Shown piece by piece: positions 1-10,743 of a DNA stretch of 64,000 nucleotides (within the stretch, counting starts at the first letter, position 1; the number at the start of each line of letters is the position of its first letter). The notes beneath the pieces were generated by a model. That model was not told the DNA's origin. It saw only the letters and a program-made list of their open reading frames with translations, and ran no database searches. Source of the DNA: Raillietiella orientalis (Eukaryota); NCBI GenBank assembly GCA_036172245.1, contig JAYWIR010000019.1:868001-932000 (forward strand), in the 5' to 3' direction. Both the position numbers and the translations under genes were made by a program.

Positions 1-2637
1 TCTTTACAACCCAAAAGGAACAGAATGGCTTTCACAACTGTATAAATACCGTACTACAAAAAACTAAAAAACCGAATGGCAATGAAAGCCGATTTCGTCG
101 TTCGGGATTTGGTATGCTTGTGACCCAGACAAAACTGGTAAATAGCGACCCGCAGTGCAATGCATTTTAGAACTTGAGAATGTCCAGCTTCAACAGGTGC
201 ACGTTGTTATTGAGAGAATAAAAGTATGGGGAATTTATTCGGGAGCACAAAGCTGCCCGGTTGCATTTTCAATGTTAATCCAGACTTCTAGTGTTTCACT
301 CGTTGAGAAAATGGAACCAAAATCTAGAAAAATTGGCAGATATGACGGTGAAATAAACTGTTTTCAGGTAAAATTCAGGTTCGCTTGCCATATTATCACT
401 TTTGCTTTATGTATTGTTTTACAATTTGCCTATTGATAAATGTAGCATCTAATCGGATCGTGCACAACAAATGCAACCCTAAGTGAGTGTTTCCAAAGGA
501 TTTTTTTTTTTATAGGAGGACATTGTGGCCCTCAGGGATTACATCACCGATATTCTGGCAGAAAATGAGTATCTTGCCGGTGAAATCGAAAAGCTTTTAA
601 CCGATCACATGCTGTTCATTCAGAAATTTATTCGGAAGGATGTGAGTTTTCAAACCTTGCCTGATAAGGTATGAAGATTACCTGGTTTTTTTTCTGTCCA
701 CTCATTCTAAAGTTTTACTTCACATAGTTTGTCTGAAACAAAGCATCTTTAAGTAACTTAATTTTTATAGTTTTGTTTCTTTGTAAGCTTATATGTACAG
801 ACATGTTTTTATGTTCCTCTTTTCTTGTCCAAACTGTTGTGCATCCTGCAGTATTGAAATATTTTAGTCTCCGTATGAATGTGAAATATATGATGAAAGT
901 CAGCATCCAGTAAGTTTGACAGAGTATCAAAATACTGTTGAAAAGGAAATCTGGGAGGTTTGTTAAGTAAAACCTTGTTTCACATTCCATTTTTTAATGT
1001 AGCATAGAAAAGAATATTATGAAGAGCTGCAAATGCATAAATCACAAATACATGATATACTGAAACAATACAAAAGAAAAATGGATGAAATGAGGCATCA
1101 TGATACAATCATAGCAAGCCTTAAAGCAACTGTTGAGACTTTAAGATTATATAACTGTGAAATGAAAATTGATCCTCGCACAGAACAAAAAACTGGAAAA
1201 ATGTTGCAAGCAATAAAAGAAAAAAACAGTGAATTACAGTGCCTACAAAATTCATATGAAACATCTAGAGAACAGTTGAAGTATCTTAAAAACCAAAAAG
1301 CAAAGCTTGAAAGTGACTTAGTTGAGCAGTTCACAATCAATGGCTACTTACAAAAGCAACTGGAAATTGCTATGAACAAAGTGGGTGATATGATTGCCCT
1401 CACTGAAAAACTAAGTCTCGAGAAGAGCATGACTGCAGCAAGTGAACATCAAATGAAAGGTGCAGCAGTGAATAAAATTGAAAACTTCTTTCAATAAAAC
1501 TAATGTGCACTAATGTAAAAGAAATATTAATTCTGTTATACGCGGTTATATCTGTACACCTTTCCAATTTCAGGGTAATTATTAAACAAACTTTAGGTAG
1601 CTAGCAACAGTAACAACCTATGTGACAGCAAGTACAAAGTAATTCAATTAATCTTTTATTTATAGTAGAACTACACTTAATGCAGAAGCAACTTGAGACT
1701 GCAACTGAGAATTTGAAAAGGAAACATGAAACTGAAATAGAACATCAGAGAAAATGCTATGAACTAATAGTGATCAACTTGCAAAATATACTTTGTAATG
1801 AAAAACAGGTAAGCACTGAATCATTCTGAATGTGCTGAAAGGCACTATATCTGGTATCAACATTAATAATTCATAGGAAAAGGAAGGTTTAAACACACAG
1901 ATTAATATTAGCATCAAAGAAACAAAGACACTCAGACAGCAACTAAAGGATATGCAGGAAATACGAGGAGAGTCTCAATATGTTACAGAAAATTACCTAG
2001 GTCTCTTAATAAAGTTGACTGATTTGCAAAACGATCGAGATCAAATACTTGAAAAGTATGAAGCATTACAAGACGAACACACGAAGCTAAAAGAAAGGTT
2101 TGAGTGACTACGAATTCACTTCAGTTAATTTCGGAAATCAGCACAGAAAATGATTTCCAGAAATTACATGAGCATTTTCAGCAACTGCAGGATCAATACC
2201 ATGAGTGTAGCAACCATCAAAAACAAATAGAAAAAAACATATCAGATTGCTTACATAAAATTGGATGTCTGAAAAGGAGTTATCAGCAAGAAAATGCAAC
2301 ATTCGAACACACTTGCCAAAAACTGAGAACTCAAATGGAACTAAAGCTTCTGAGACAAAGATTGTTTAGGCAAAATCTTCGTGCAAAACATGAAATAAAA
2401 GAAAATTCGGCTGAATTGTATTTACATGAATTATTGCTTTCGCAGCAACAGTTCACATGCAGGTTAGTGTTCACACACACACAGTTTGCTGCAGCATTTT
2501 CTTTAGATGGAAACAAGAAATAAACAGCATGATAAGTCTAATTGAGAGGCACTTGGAAGATTGTTTTCGATTAACGAAGTGAGTGAGAACTTGTATTCAG
2601 CACTGATTTGCATCACTCAAGATATCTTCCCAAATGA
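1..2637 (+). CDS. 5'-partial multi-exon coiled-coil protein, SCLT1/SDCCAG8 (CCCAP)-family-like centriolar protein
   Basis: The frame is open from nt 3 and continues through GT-AG-bounded exons (about 1-111, 171-223, 284-367, 516-668, 1003-~1460, ~1670-1808, ~1877-2097, ~2141-2462, ~2507-2578). The stop is at 2582 or, with one more micro-intron, at 2637. The protein is heptad-rich. Segments 'KIGRYDGEINCFQ|EDIVALRDYITDILAENEYLAGEIEKL' and 'LHELLLSQQQFTCR|WKQEINSM' resemble SCLT1 N- and C-terminal motifs as I recall them. The gene is well supported; the identity is tentative. Confidence 0.65.
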
Positions 2638-2694
2638 AGCTTGAATGTAAAACAATAATTGCGGAGATTAAACCACCCTGGGACTGTTACTATT

Positions 2695-4073
2695 TCAATT
2701 CATTTTAATTAGCCAAAACTGTATCTGATTTTTGTTTCCAATTGCAAGATAAGGGAGACTGTTATGCCATGATAATCCTCCAAACACTTTCACATTGACA
2801 TTCAAGACTACTTGTTTTGTGTGCAAATGAATAACTTTTACTTCATGATTTGGCATCTCTATTGCTGCTAAGTAATCATGACTATTGCGTGCAAAACGGC
2901 AAAGTCTACAAAATTTTAAAGGAATAGTTTGTTGAATATTAGCTTGACAGAAACTGTTTACATCCCAAATAATGCATTCTTTCCCTGAGGATGATGCTAA
3001 TTTCCACGCATCCTTGCACCAATCTGCAGCTAATAAGGGGTGACTTTGAACAGTCACTGAAAATAATGGTTGCTCAATCTTCAAATCATAAAATCGTAAT
3101 AATCCTTTTTTCTCGCCAACCATAAATTTGTTGACATCATAAGGAGAAAATGTGACTGACATACCTGCAAGCAAGAAAAAAAAAATAAAATACTTTACAG
3201 CTTGAATTGCTTGAACACTTGTGTGAGCATAAGTTTTCAAATGAATGGTTTTGTGAATTTATCATCATATGGTTGTAAATAAATGAATACAACGTGCAAA
3301 GTACGAATTAAATTAACAGTATTGAATCCCCTTTTACTCCTTGCACTTAATGATTGCTAATGCATCCGGTGGTTTCTAAATTTACTACTAAATTTAAAAT
3401 ATTCAGTGTTTTCGTAGTCGAGAAAGAAACCAGAAATAAATGAAGCTTTATTATGCCATTTAGGCACTCTTACCTGGCGAAGTGAGCCAAAAAATGAGTT
3501 TTTCTAAACCACTGGTTGTATCCCATATGCGGCAACTGTGATCATCACTCACACTTACTAGCTGAGAACCACCATCGGGGCAAAACACCATTGCATTAAT
3601 ATTATCTGTATGTCCAGCAAAACTCTAAAAGTCATACATTTTGTAAATTTAAGAAACAAACAATAAGGTACTTGACAGATAAAACAAGCAAAAGTAACCT
3701 TTAGAGCATGGAAACAACACCTACTTGACTGAGGGGTTCCTTGTCAAAATTCCACCACCAGATTGTAATGACAAGGTTGTAACATGCAACTGCCAAGCAA
3801 ATTTCAAAGCTGTGTGGACCCCATGCCACGTTACTTATGACACTTTCTTCTTTGAATATCGTCGCTATTTCAGGTTTCCAGTGATCATCATCACTCTTTA
3901 TGCTAACATTACTTCAATAATAACATAAGAATTAGAATTACCATGTAATTCAAATTGAGCAAATAAACGCATCTTTCTGTAACAACGGCTAGGTAGTTTT
4001 CTGACCATCCAAATGGCGAAAACTCTAAATGACGAACTTTTTCACCCAACGCAAATGTGTGAAACCTTGACAT
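2695..4073 (-). CDS. NUP37: Nucleoporin Nup37 (WD40)
   Basis: Four phase-compatible GT-AG exons (3942-4073, 3725-3895, 3474-3624, 2695-3164). They encode MSRFHTFALGEKVRHLEFSPF..., GHTDNINAMVFCPDGGSQLVSVSDDHSCRIWD...SPGMSV...FMVGEKKGLLRFYDL...GGLSWHNSLPYLAIG, matching Nup37 hallmark motifs. Confidence 0.93.
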
Positions 4074-4368
4074 GTTCCTTTACATCCCATCCAGTGCTAA
4101 AAACAAACAGAAATACACGTAGTGCCTACACCGGTGGACACGGCTCTATTGACCTATGATTGAGCTACATGCCAAAAGGGAATCACTGGTACTGTCTTTC
4201 AAATCCTGTTTATTCATTCGTACAGTACAAAACGGTTTCGGCGAAAACACGTGCTCCTCCCAAACCTTTTCATTCGCAGAGTTTACGAGGAACAGAAATG
4301 AAAATTTCCGTTAACACACCTTCAAGAATCAACTACCCCGCAATGGCAAGCGGCTAGCGAAACGGCAA

Positions 4369-4392
4369 ACACACACACACACACACACACAC
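4369..4392. repeat. (AC)12 microsatellite in the inferred NUP37 5'-UTR intron
   Basis: Read directly from the sequence. Confidence 0.95.
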
Positions 4393-4679
4393 GTTTGAAG
4401 CAAGAAAGCGGAGGTGCTAACCTGTGAAGTTCTCGCTAATTCCGTGCATCCAACGCAGGAAGCATTCGGGCGGTGACACGAAAATTTTCTTCTACAGACG
4501 TTTCTCGGAAAACAGCAGCAGCACTTTCTTGCAGTGCTTCACGCCTGGAAGTGCCGAAGAGTTCCAAAAGGCCGCCGTTGCGCTCGCGGGCACCCATGCG
4601 GTCCACGGCGACGCGAATAACCGCCGCAGAGTTCGCAATTCCATCATTTAATACAACCAAAGGAGCATACGCTTGCAGT

Positions 4680-4752
4680 GCCCCCGTGGCCTAATGGATA
4701 AGGCATCGGTCTCCTAAACCGGGGATTGCGGGTTCGAGTCCCGCCGGGGGTA
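4680..4752 (+). tRNA. tRNA-Arg (anticodon CCT)
   Basis: Complete cloverleaf: acceptor GCCCCCG/CGGGGGT, D-arm GCCT-AATGGATA-AGGC, anticodon arm TCGGT-CTCCTAA-ACCGG, T-arm GCGGG-TTCGAGT-CCCGC. Confidence 0.97.
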
Positions 4753-4757
4753 AGGAG

Positions 4758-4769
4758 TTTTTTTTTTTT
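4758..4769 (+). terminator. Pol III oligo-T terminator of tRNA-Arg
   Basis: T12 run 5 nt after the discriminator base. Confidence 0.85.
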
Positions 4770-5382
4770 CTTGTTAGTGCTCGCTGCTTCCGTGACATTC
4801 GCTGCGACTGCCCTCTGAAGGAAGGTTTGTCATGCCGTTTTACTTAATTCCCTTCTCCTCCCCCCTCCCCACACGTTTCGTTTCGAGACGCCTGCTCTAC
4901 GAGTATTGCCTGCGAGATTGACCTTTTTTCATATCGTAGCTGGGGGCTAAATCGAAGATGTTTTTGTTTCGTAATTTCTGTGTCATAAATATGAGAGAAC
5001 GGAATATGACCTAGCCAGAACGTGTTCCCAGAATGGTCTCCATCCTACAGAAGAAAGTCGCTTCTTGGAGTATGCAGCTTTACGGATTTGGTCACCATGG
5101 CCGGAAACAAGACAGGTTTCCGAGTTTCGGCAGACTTGAAAGGATCAAGAAACGGGAGGGGGGTGGGAGAAAAACATCCGTGGAAACAAATGTATCCTCA
5201 GAGCTCGTGTGAACTACATAATGAGTGCCCGAGGAGGAGGCTCACTGCATTCAGGACCCGTGTTCCTGTTGAAAGAAAGGAAACAGAATGCACGTAGCAG
5301 AGCTCCGAAGTCAACTTTGCGAGGCAAACCCCTGCCAGTGAAATCCTGTTGCCCGCGTGTTGCCTCCTTTTTGAAGAAAGGT

Positions 5383-5661
5383 TTTTATGCCGGGGCATTT
5401 ATTATTAAAATTTTATAATAAAGTCAGAAGTTTTTTCAGGTAGAACAAGTGGTTCTGCCTGTCTTGCACCACTTTTCCTTATCGGCCCTCAGGCCGGTAA
5501 GGTCCTCTTCGCTGGCGAAGGGGGCGGGAGAACCATAAAAAACAAGAAAAAAACACGAGGGGAGGGCAGTGTTTTCTGGGGAGGGGAGGGAAGGGATCAC
5601 CGTTTGCCTCTAGTGGTCCTCTGCATCCGAGTCTGGATGCGGACAAGTGCCGGAAAGGAAG
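5383..5661 (-). mobile_element. 5'-truncated Tx1/L1-like non-LTR retrotransposon 3' end with TSD
   Basis: The reverse complement is homologous to about 8207-8534: ORF2 tail, C/T-rich UTR, hairpins, AATAAA and a short poly-A. It is flanked by the direct repeat TGAAGAAAGG(T) at 5372-5382 and 5662-5672. Confidence 0.85.
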
Positions 5662-7224
5662 TGAAGAAAGGTACCCAAAAGAGCCAGTGCCGATTTCTCC
5701 CAAATTTCTGCCAAAGCGTGAAAAAGCGGGTCGCTCTTGAGCTGACTCGCAATTCAGAAGTAATAGTTACTTACAATTGGTAACAGTAATAGCTTTTACC
5801 AAGTCCAGTAAACAAGTAACTCCTTAGCAATTACACTTGAGAATCGTTTACCTAGTTTATTTTACATCATATATCTGCAGAAATTCTAAAACGGCTAGGA
5901 TTTATCTCCTTTTTTTTTTTTTTTTTGTTGCTCTTTTTTGATGCTCAGGATGATTCGTTTTGACGTGGTGCATGTGCACCTTGACTTTTCATGTGCACTT
6001 GGTACCAACTTTCGTAGTCTTGACAACTTCGACAAACTGCATCAAACCTCACACGGCATTGAGAGAACAGGGCTGCCGATCGTTATCTGTATTGCAGGAT
6101 TAATCACAGTCTTTAATTCTTTTACACTGAAAATAAAAATAAAATAGCTAGCCTCTTAGTCATTGGAATTTCACTGTCAATGATGTGCCATTATCGCCCT
6201 GCTTCAAGTGAGACTAAGATGGTTTAGTTGTCAAGGATTAACCGTTTGAATTACCAAACCATGAAATCAGATACAGAGGAATATCCGTTGAGAAGGAACA
6301 TCATTCCGCAGTAAGAGAGTCTTCAAGGGCTGGAATGTCAAGAAAACTTTCGGAATGTAAAATGCATTGCTAAACAATCCCAGCTGAAAAAAAAGAAATC
6401 AGAGCAGAAGACAAGTTCTCTTTGTGACACACATACCTCCATTGGTAGAAGGAATTCTTAAATCGAAGATGAAAGACGAATCCAGAGAAACATACTCAAT
6501 AGAGCGCGGTGTGAGCAAGGCGCGGTATCGGTGTTGAGATTTATATCAGCAACCATCTGCTGTATTCTTTGAACAGAGGAAGGATGAAACACTAGTGTTT
6601 AAGGCAGTGACCTAAGAGCCACATTAGACTAAGTTCACATGATAGACCTTGGATTCACACCTTTCTACACACCTTAAAATAAAAAACCAGTCCATATTCC
6701 AGTGAGAAAAGCACAGATTAACCGATGAATTCTGGTTCTGTAAAGTTTTCTAAACAATTTTTAAAGCGGGAAAATCTAAGACGGTGCGAAGAGGCATTCT
6801 AAAACGCCTAAAAGGCTTTCGCTTTTCCATGAAACTCGGCATCAAAATTGCGTTTCGATAGTTTGTTTACGTGAGTGGCTAAAATGCTGACTTTCCTCTT
6901 ATACTTAAGCTTTTGAAAATTACAAGGATGCATTGACTTTTGCTTTCGTACGGTTATTAAATTTTAGCTAGTTTCTTAGGTGCTTCCAATCTCCTCTTCG
7001 CCACCTATTAATTTCTAGGTATGTGGCCCGATCAACATAAGCACTCATTCTATGAGATTTTTGATTACTTGAAGTTTTTATTCCAAGTGTTCCTCGCTAC
7101 GTGCTTCTATTTCTGAATCCTTCAAGTACAGACAAGAATCGTGACATAAGAAGAATTTACCAACTGGCAGAACAGACACTTAGCATTTACACTCGGAAAT
7201 AAATAACATTTACTGGCCTAGAAC

Positions 7225-7485
7225 ACGGTGCAGGAGATTCCGTTCGGGGTCCCCTTCAAAGACAACCAAGGTGGAGGTTCCCTTACAGGATCCCTCCCCA
7301 GGCATGAGAGGAACGGACTCCGAGCCCTTCATGGATTCATAGGGCGGACCTCTCCGGAGCACCCCCCTATCTTGAAGAATTACACGCACCCTCTCGGGTG
7401 GCGTGGAACAGTGTTAAAGAAGTGTTAAAGAGCCGCGTGCGCAGCAGCGAGGCATGCAACGGTTCTTGAGGTACTTGAGCGAGCC
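7225..7485 (-). mobile_element. Internal fragment of the Tx1-like family at 16.7-19.9 kb (start of RT region)
   Basis: Colinear nucleotide similarity to about 18575-18853 (e.g. gaggaacggactcc, attcataggg, cttgaaga.ttac.cgca.cctct, ggtactt.agcga). Confidence 0.7.
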
Positions 7486-7817
7486 AAAAAAAAAAAAAAC
7501 ACGAAGAAAAAAAAAGACTGGAAGGAAAACAGCGAAGACCGAAACGGAACCCAGAGGATTTCCATCATCCTGGCGAACAGACATGTTGTTTGCTCGCTCC
7601 CGGCTGGTGGGTGTTTATTTAATTAGTAAGTGAGTGTGATGTGTGGATTCGGTGGTGGGGAAGGCAGCAATGCCTGATGCCACCAGCAAGGAAGGCCAGG
7701 GTGCGATGTCCGCATCGCCCCCGAGTCCATGGAATTGGGGGCATCCGCCCCACAGAATTGTTCCCCGTGCCAGCGAGGGCTTGGAACGCCCTGGCTGCAG
7801 CCTCGTCGCCTGCAGCC

Positions 7818-10105
7818 ATGGCAGAAGAAAAGACCTACCTCGAGCAGGGACTGCTAAGCAGAGCGCGCTTATCTCACTGGACACGGGGAAGTGTGGATGC
7901 TAATTGCCCAGACTGTGGGGAAAGAGAAACCTTTCCTCACTTGATCATTGAGTGCGTTGCCCTTCGCGATATGTGGGACCGACTCTCGTCGATCTTGAAC
8001 ATTCCGCGGGGCGACCCGAGAAACATTTTTAGACTCCTGATGCGGGACGCCTAGCCAGCTTCCGGGTGTGTAGCAGTGCTCTGTTGCATACGCGGGATAC
8101 TGGACAAGTGGACCGCGTCAAGGAGAGGACATGCCAGTCGGAATGCCATCCACTGGGCAACCATCTCCTTGGAGAAGGCCTGCCGTTGGCGCCGACTTGG
8201 AAAACACTTACAGGCACTCGTCCGCATCCGTGACCGGATGCAGAGGCCTCCTCACGGCGTACCGTGATTCCTTCCCTTCCCTCCCCCTCCCGAAGAACAT
8301 TGCCCCCCCCCCCCAGGCGTTTTCTTTTTTTTGTTTATTTTTGGTTTTCCCCGCCCCTTCGCCAGTGTAGAGGACCTTATCGGCCTTCGGGTCGGTAAGG
8401 ACAAGTGCTTCAAGACAGTCGGGCAACGTTTCCAGACTGAAGAAAACTTTATTGAAGAAATATGACTTTATTATGAAATTTTTTGTAATTGGAAAATTTT
8501 AGTAATAAAAGCCCCGGCTCACCCGGGTGAAAAACCTCGAGCAGGGATACAACCCGTCCCTCTTCAACAAGGTAGACAACCTTCATTCTGCCGAGAGGGA
8601 GGGCGCATTTTCAAAGGTGCTGAGCGCTCTCAACGTTCCACAGGAGGAGCTTCTCCCCCTCACCGTTCGCAGAGGGGGTCTGTTCGCTGAACTGATTGTG
8701 GCAGTTCTGGCTCAGCGATTGTTGAGGACCTCCGTTGTGTTGGGAAGCAGGAGGCTCTTCCCAATAACAGCGGACTGCTCGGTGGTGATCCACCTTACTG
8801 GGGTGACGTTCCGAATGCGGAAAGACGACGTCCGGAGCGCACTCCAAGAATTCGCGACCGTGCACGCGCTGTGGGCGAAGCCCGCTCCCTTCGCGGAGCA
8901 CGACGGGCTTCCTGGAGGCCTCGCGGCAGCGCGAGTTATCGTTCTCAAGTGCTGTGGGTTGCCCCACAAGCTACAAGTAGCCGGGGAACCGGTGGACTTG
9001 TGGTACGTGGGGAAACCCAAGTACTGGCCGCTGCAATCCGTCGGGCCACCTCAAAAAGAAGGGTCTGAATATAGTGTGCCAGCAGTGCGGGACCACGGGC
9101 CACACCAGGAAGGTGTGCCCCCAACGTACCGTCCACGTCGCGGCTGCGAAAAGCAGCGAGAAGTGAGCGGCAAAAAAGAAGCAAGTTACGGAACGGCAAG
9201 TTTTTCTTGCAGGAACGGGCCACGGTGTGAAACGCGTTCGCAGCCCCCCTTCGCCCCCTACTTTCTGTTTTCCCCCCTCCACCGATCATGAAACAAAGGA
9301 CCGAGGTCCTCCTAAGGAATGCCGTCTGGGGCACAGGGAGGTCTCGTGTCCGATTAAAAGACTTGTGCGCTCCACGCAGGGACGGTGGATTGGGCCTCCT
9401 TACACTGGAGCGCATGGAGCGGCAGCTCCGATTTCAAAGACTCGCTCTTCAGGCGAAATTCTGGAAAACGCCATGGTGTGAACCGTCACGACTGCTTGCC
9501 AGCAGAGCGACCGGCTGCGAAGGATTGTCTTCAATCCTCGTAGCACACGAACAAAGTCTAGGCTATTGCAGCCATCAGCTGCGCCAGATGGTAGCTCTCA
9601 TGAGGAACATGTGGATCTCCTGCCTCCCCGCGAACTGTACTTCCAGTCCGTTTCCGCATGGGGAAAAATCAATGGCTCGAGCGAGGAGGAATAGGCCTGC
9701 CTCCGAGAAGGCCCTTACACTCGACAGCCCCTGCGGGAGGTCGTAAACAACCCACGCAAATTGCTGTGGCCTTCCTTCACCCCCCTTGCTCCCGTGCTGC
9801 CCTCCCTCAGGAACGCTAGGTCAGAAACAAACGAGCATCGTGAGAGGTGTTCTGCCTCATCGGAGGCAGGAAAAAACTATTAAAGGCATGGACGACTCGG
9901 CAGCTAGTGGGCGCTGCGACCCCGAGTGTCGCGTCTAAAGGACTCATGCCCTGGGGCGAGCTGCTTGGAATACCTCCGAAGGAGGTGAAATAGCCTCCAG
10001 CGCCTTGGGATAATGGCACCCTCTCCTTGGAGTGGCAAGAGCCGGCGTTGCTCGTGTTGCATTGGGGACTCCATTGCAGAGCACGCCTCTCACCGGACAC
10101 TAGGG
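7818..10105 (+). mobile_element. Degenerate, internally deleted Tx1-like element: ORF1 (gag-like, two CCHC knuckles) plus post-RT part of ORF2, interrupted by a nested insertion
   Basis: ATG 7818 MAEEKTYLEQG continues as YNPSLFNKVD... at 8548 once the insert is removed. WYVGKPKY is followed (frameshifted) by CGRCNPSGH...CQQCGTTGHTRKVC. The 'LCAPRRDGGLGL' ORF2 motif is at about 9365-9400. Confidence 0.75.
7851..8534 (+). mobile_element. 5'-truncated Tx1-like insertion (zf-RVT, 3' UTR, poly-A) with 13-bp TSD
   Basis: Contains the CPDCGERETFPHLIIEC zinc-binding motif, AATAAA near 8504, a terminal hairpin CCCGG-ctcac-CCGGG and an A-tail. TSD CCTCGAGCAGGGA at 7838-7850 and 8535-8547. Confidence 0.88.
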
Positions 10106-10106
10106 A

Positions 10107-10490
10107 GTCACGTCGGGGCGTTTATTGAAAACTACCGAACAATCGTGGTACGAAGCCCAACTACGGCCAATACATCTCGGGACCTGCCAGGTCGGCGGTA
10201 CGTAGACCGGCGCAACTCGCCTTGGCAGCAAAGGGGGATGGGAGGAAAAATAAAAACAAAAACTAACACTTTGGAGGACCGGGAAGGGATCACGGTCCGT
10301 TGTTGGGCGCGTCCATCCTTTGCAGGATGCCGTCGAGGTCCCTCTGCATAACTCCCAGATGGGACCATCCGGCCGCGATTCGCAGGTAGCGAGCCGCATG
10401 TACGATGGCGTCCCTTCCACTGCTTCCTCTGTTGGTTGCGCTCCACGTAGCCACAATCTCTCGAAGGCAGCAGAACGCTGCCCGAGCTGA
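10107..10490 (-). mobile_element. 3' end of a related non-LTR element
   Basis: On the minus strand: gaccgtgatcccttcc, a T-rich tract, then AATAAA-cgcccc. Same layout as the 3' UTRs at 8262-8534 and 5383-5600. Confidence 0.55.
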
Positions 10491-10743
10491 GGTTTTTTGC
10501 CTTCCGACAAAATCCTGATTAAACAATCTCAAGTTATCTCCATCGGAGCATGAAATTGCTTCATGCACACCAAAAGTACTACGGAAAAACAAACACCACT
10601 AGCATTCATAAATGCCAAACCCTCAACTGATGTATGATTTGATTTAAAGGAATCACTTATGAACTCAAAGTGAATGAAAACATGGGAAATCTCATTGCAG
10701 TGGAACTTTTTAATAGGATTGTTTTAAGGTACAATGATCCAAA

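Noticed and set aside
8436..8465. CTGAAGA...GAAA hammerhead core words in a retroelement 3' UTR
   Set aside because: There are no supporting stems II/III, and the homologous copy reads CTGAAAA.
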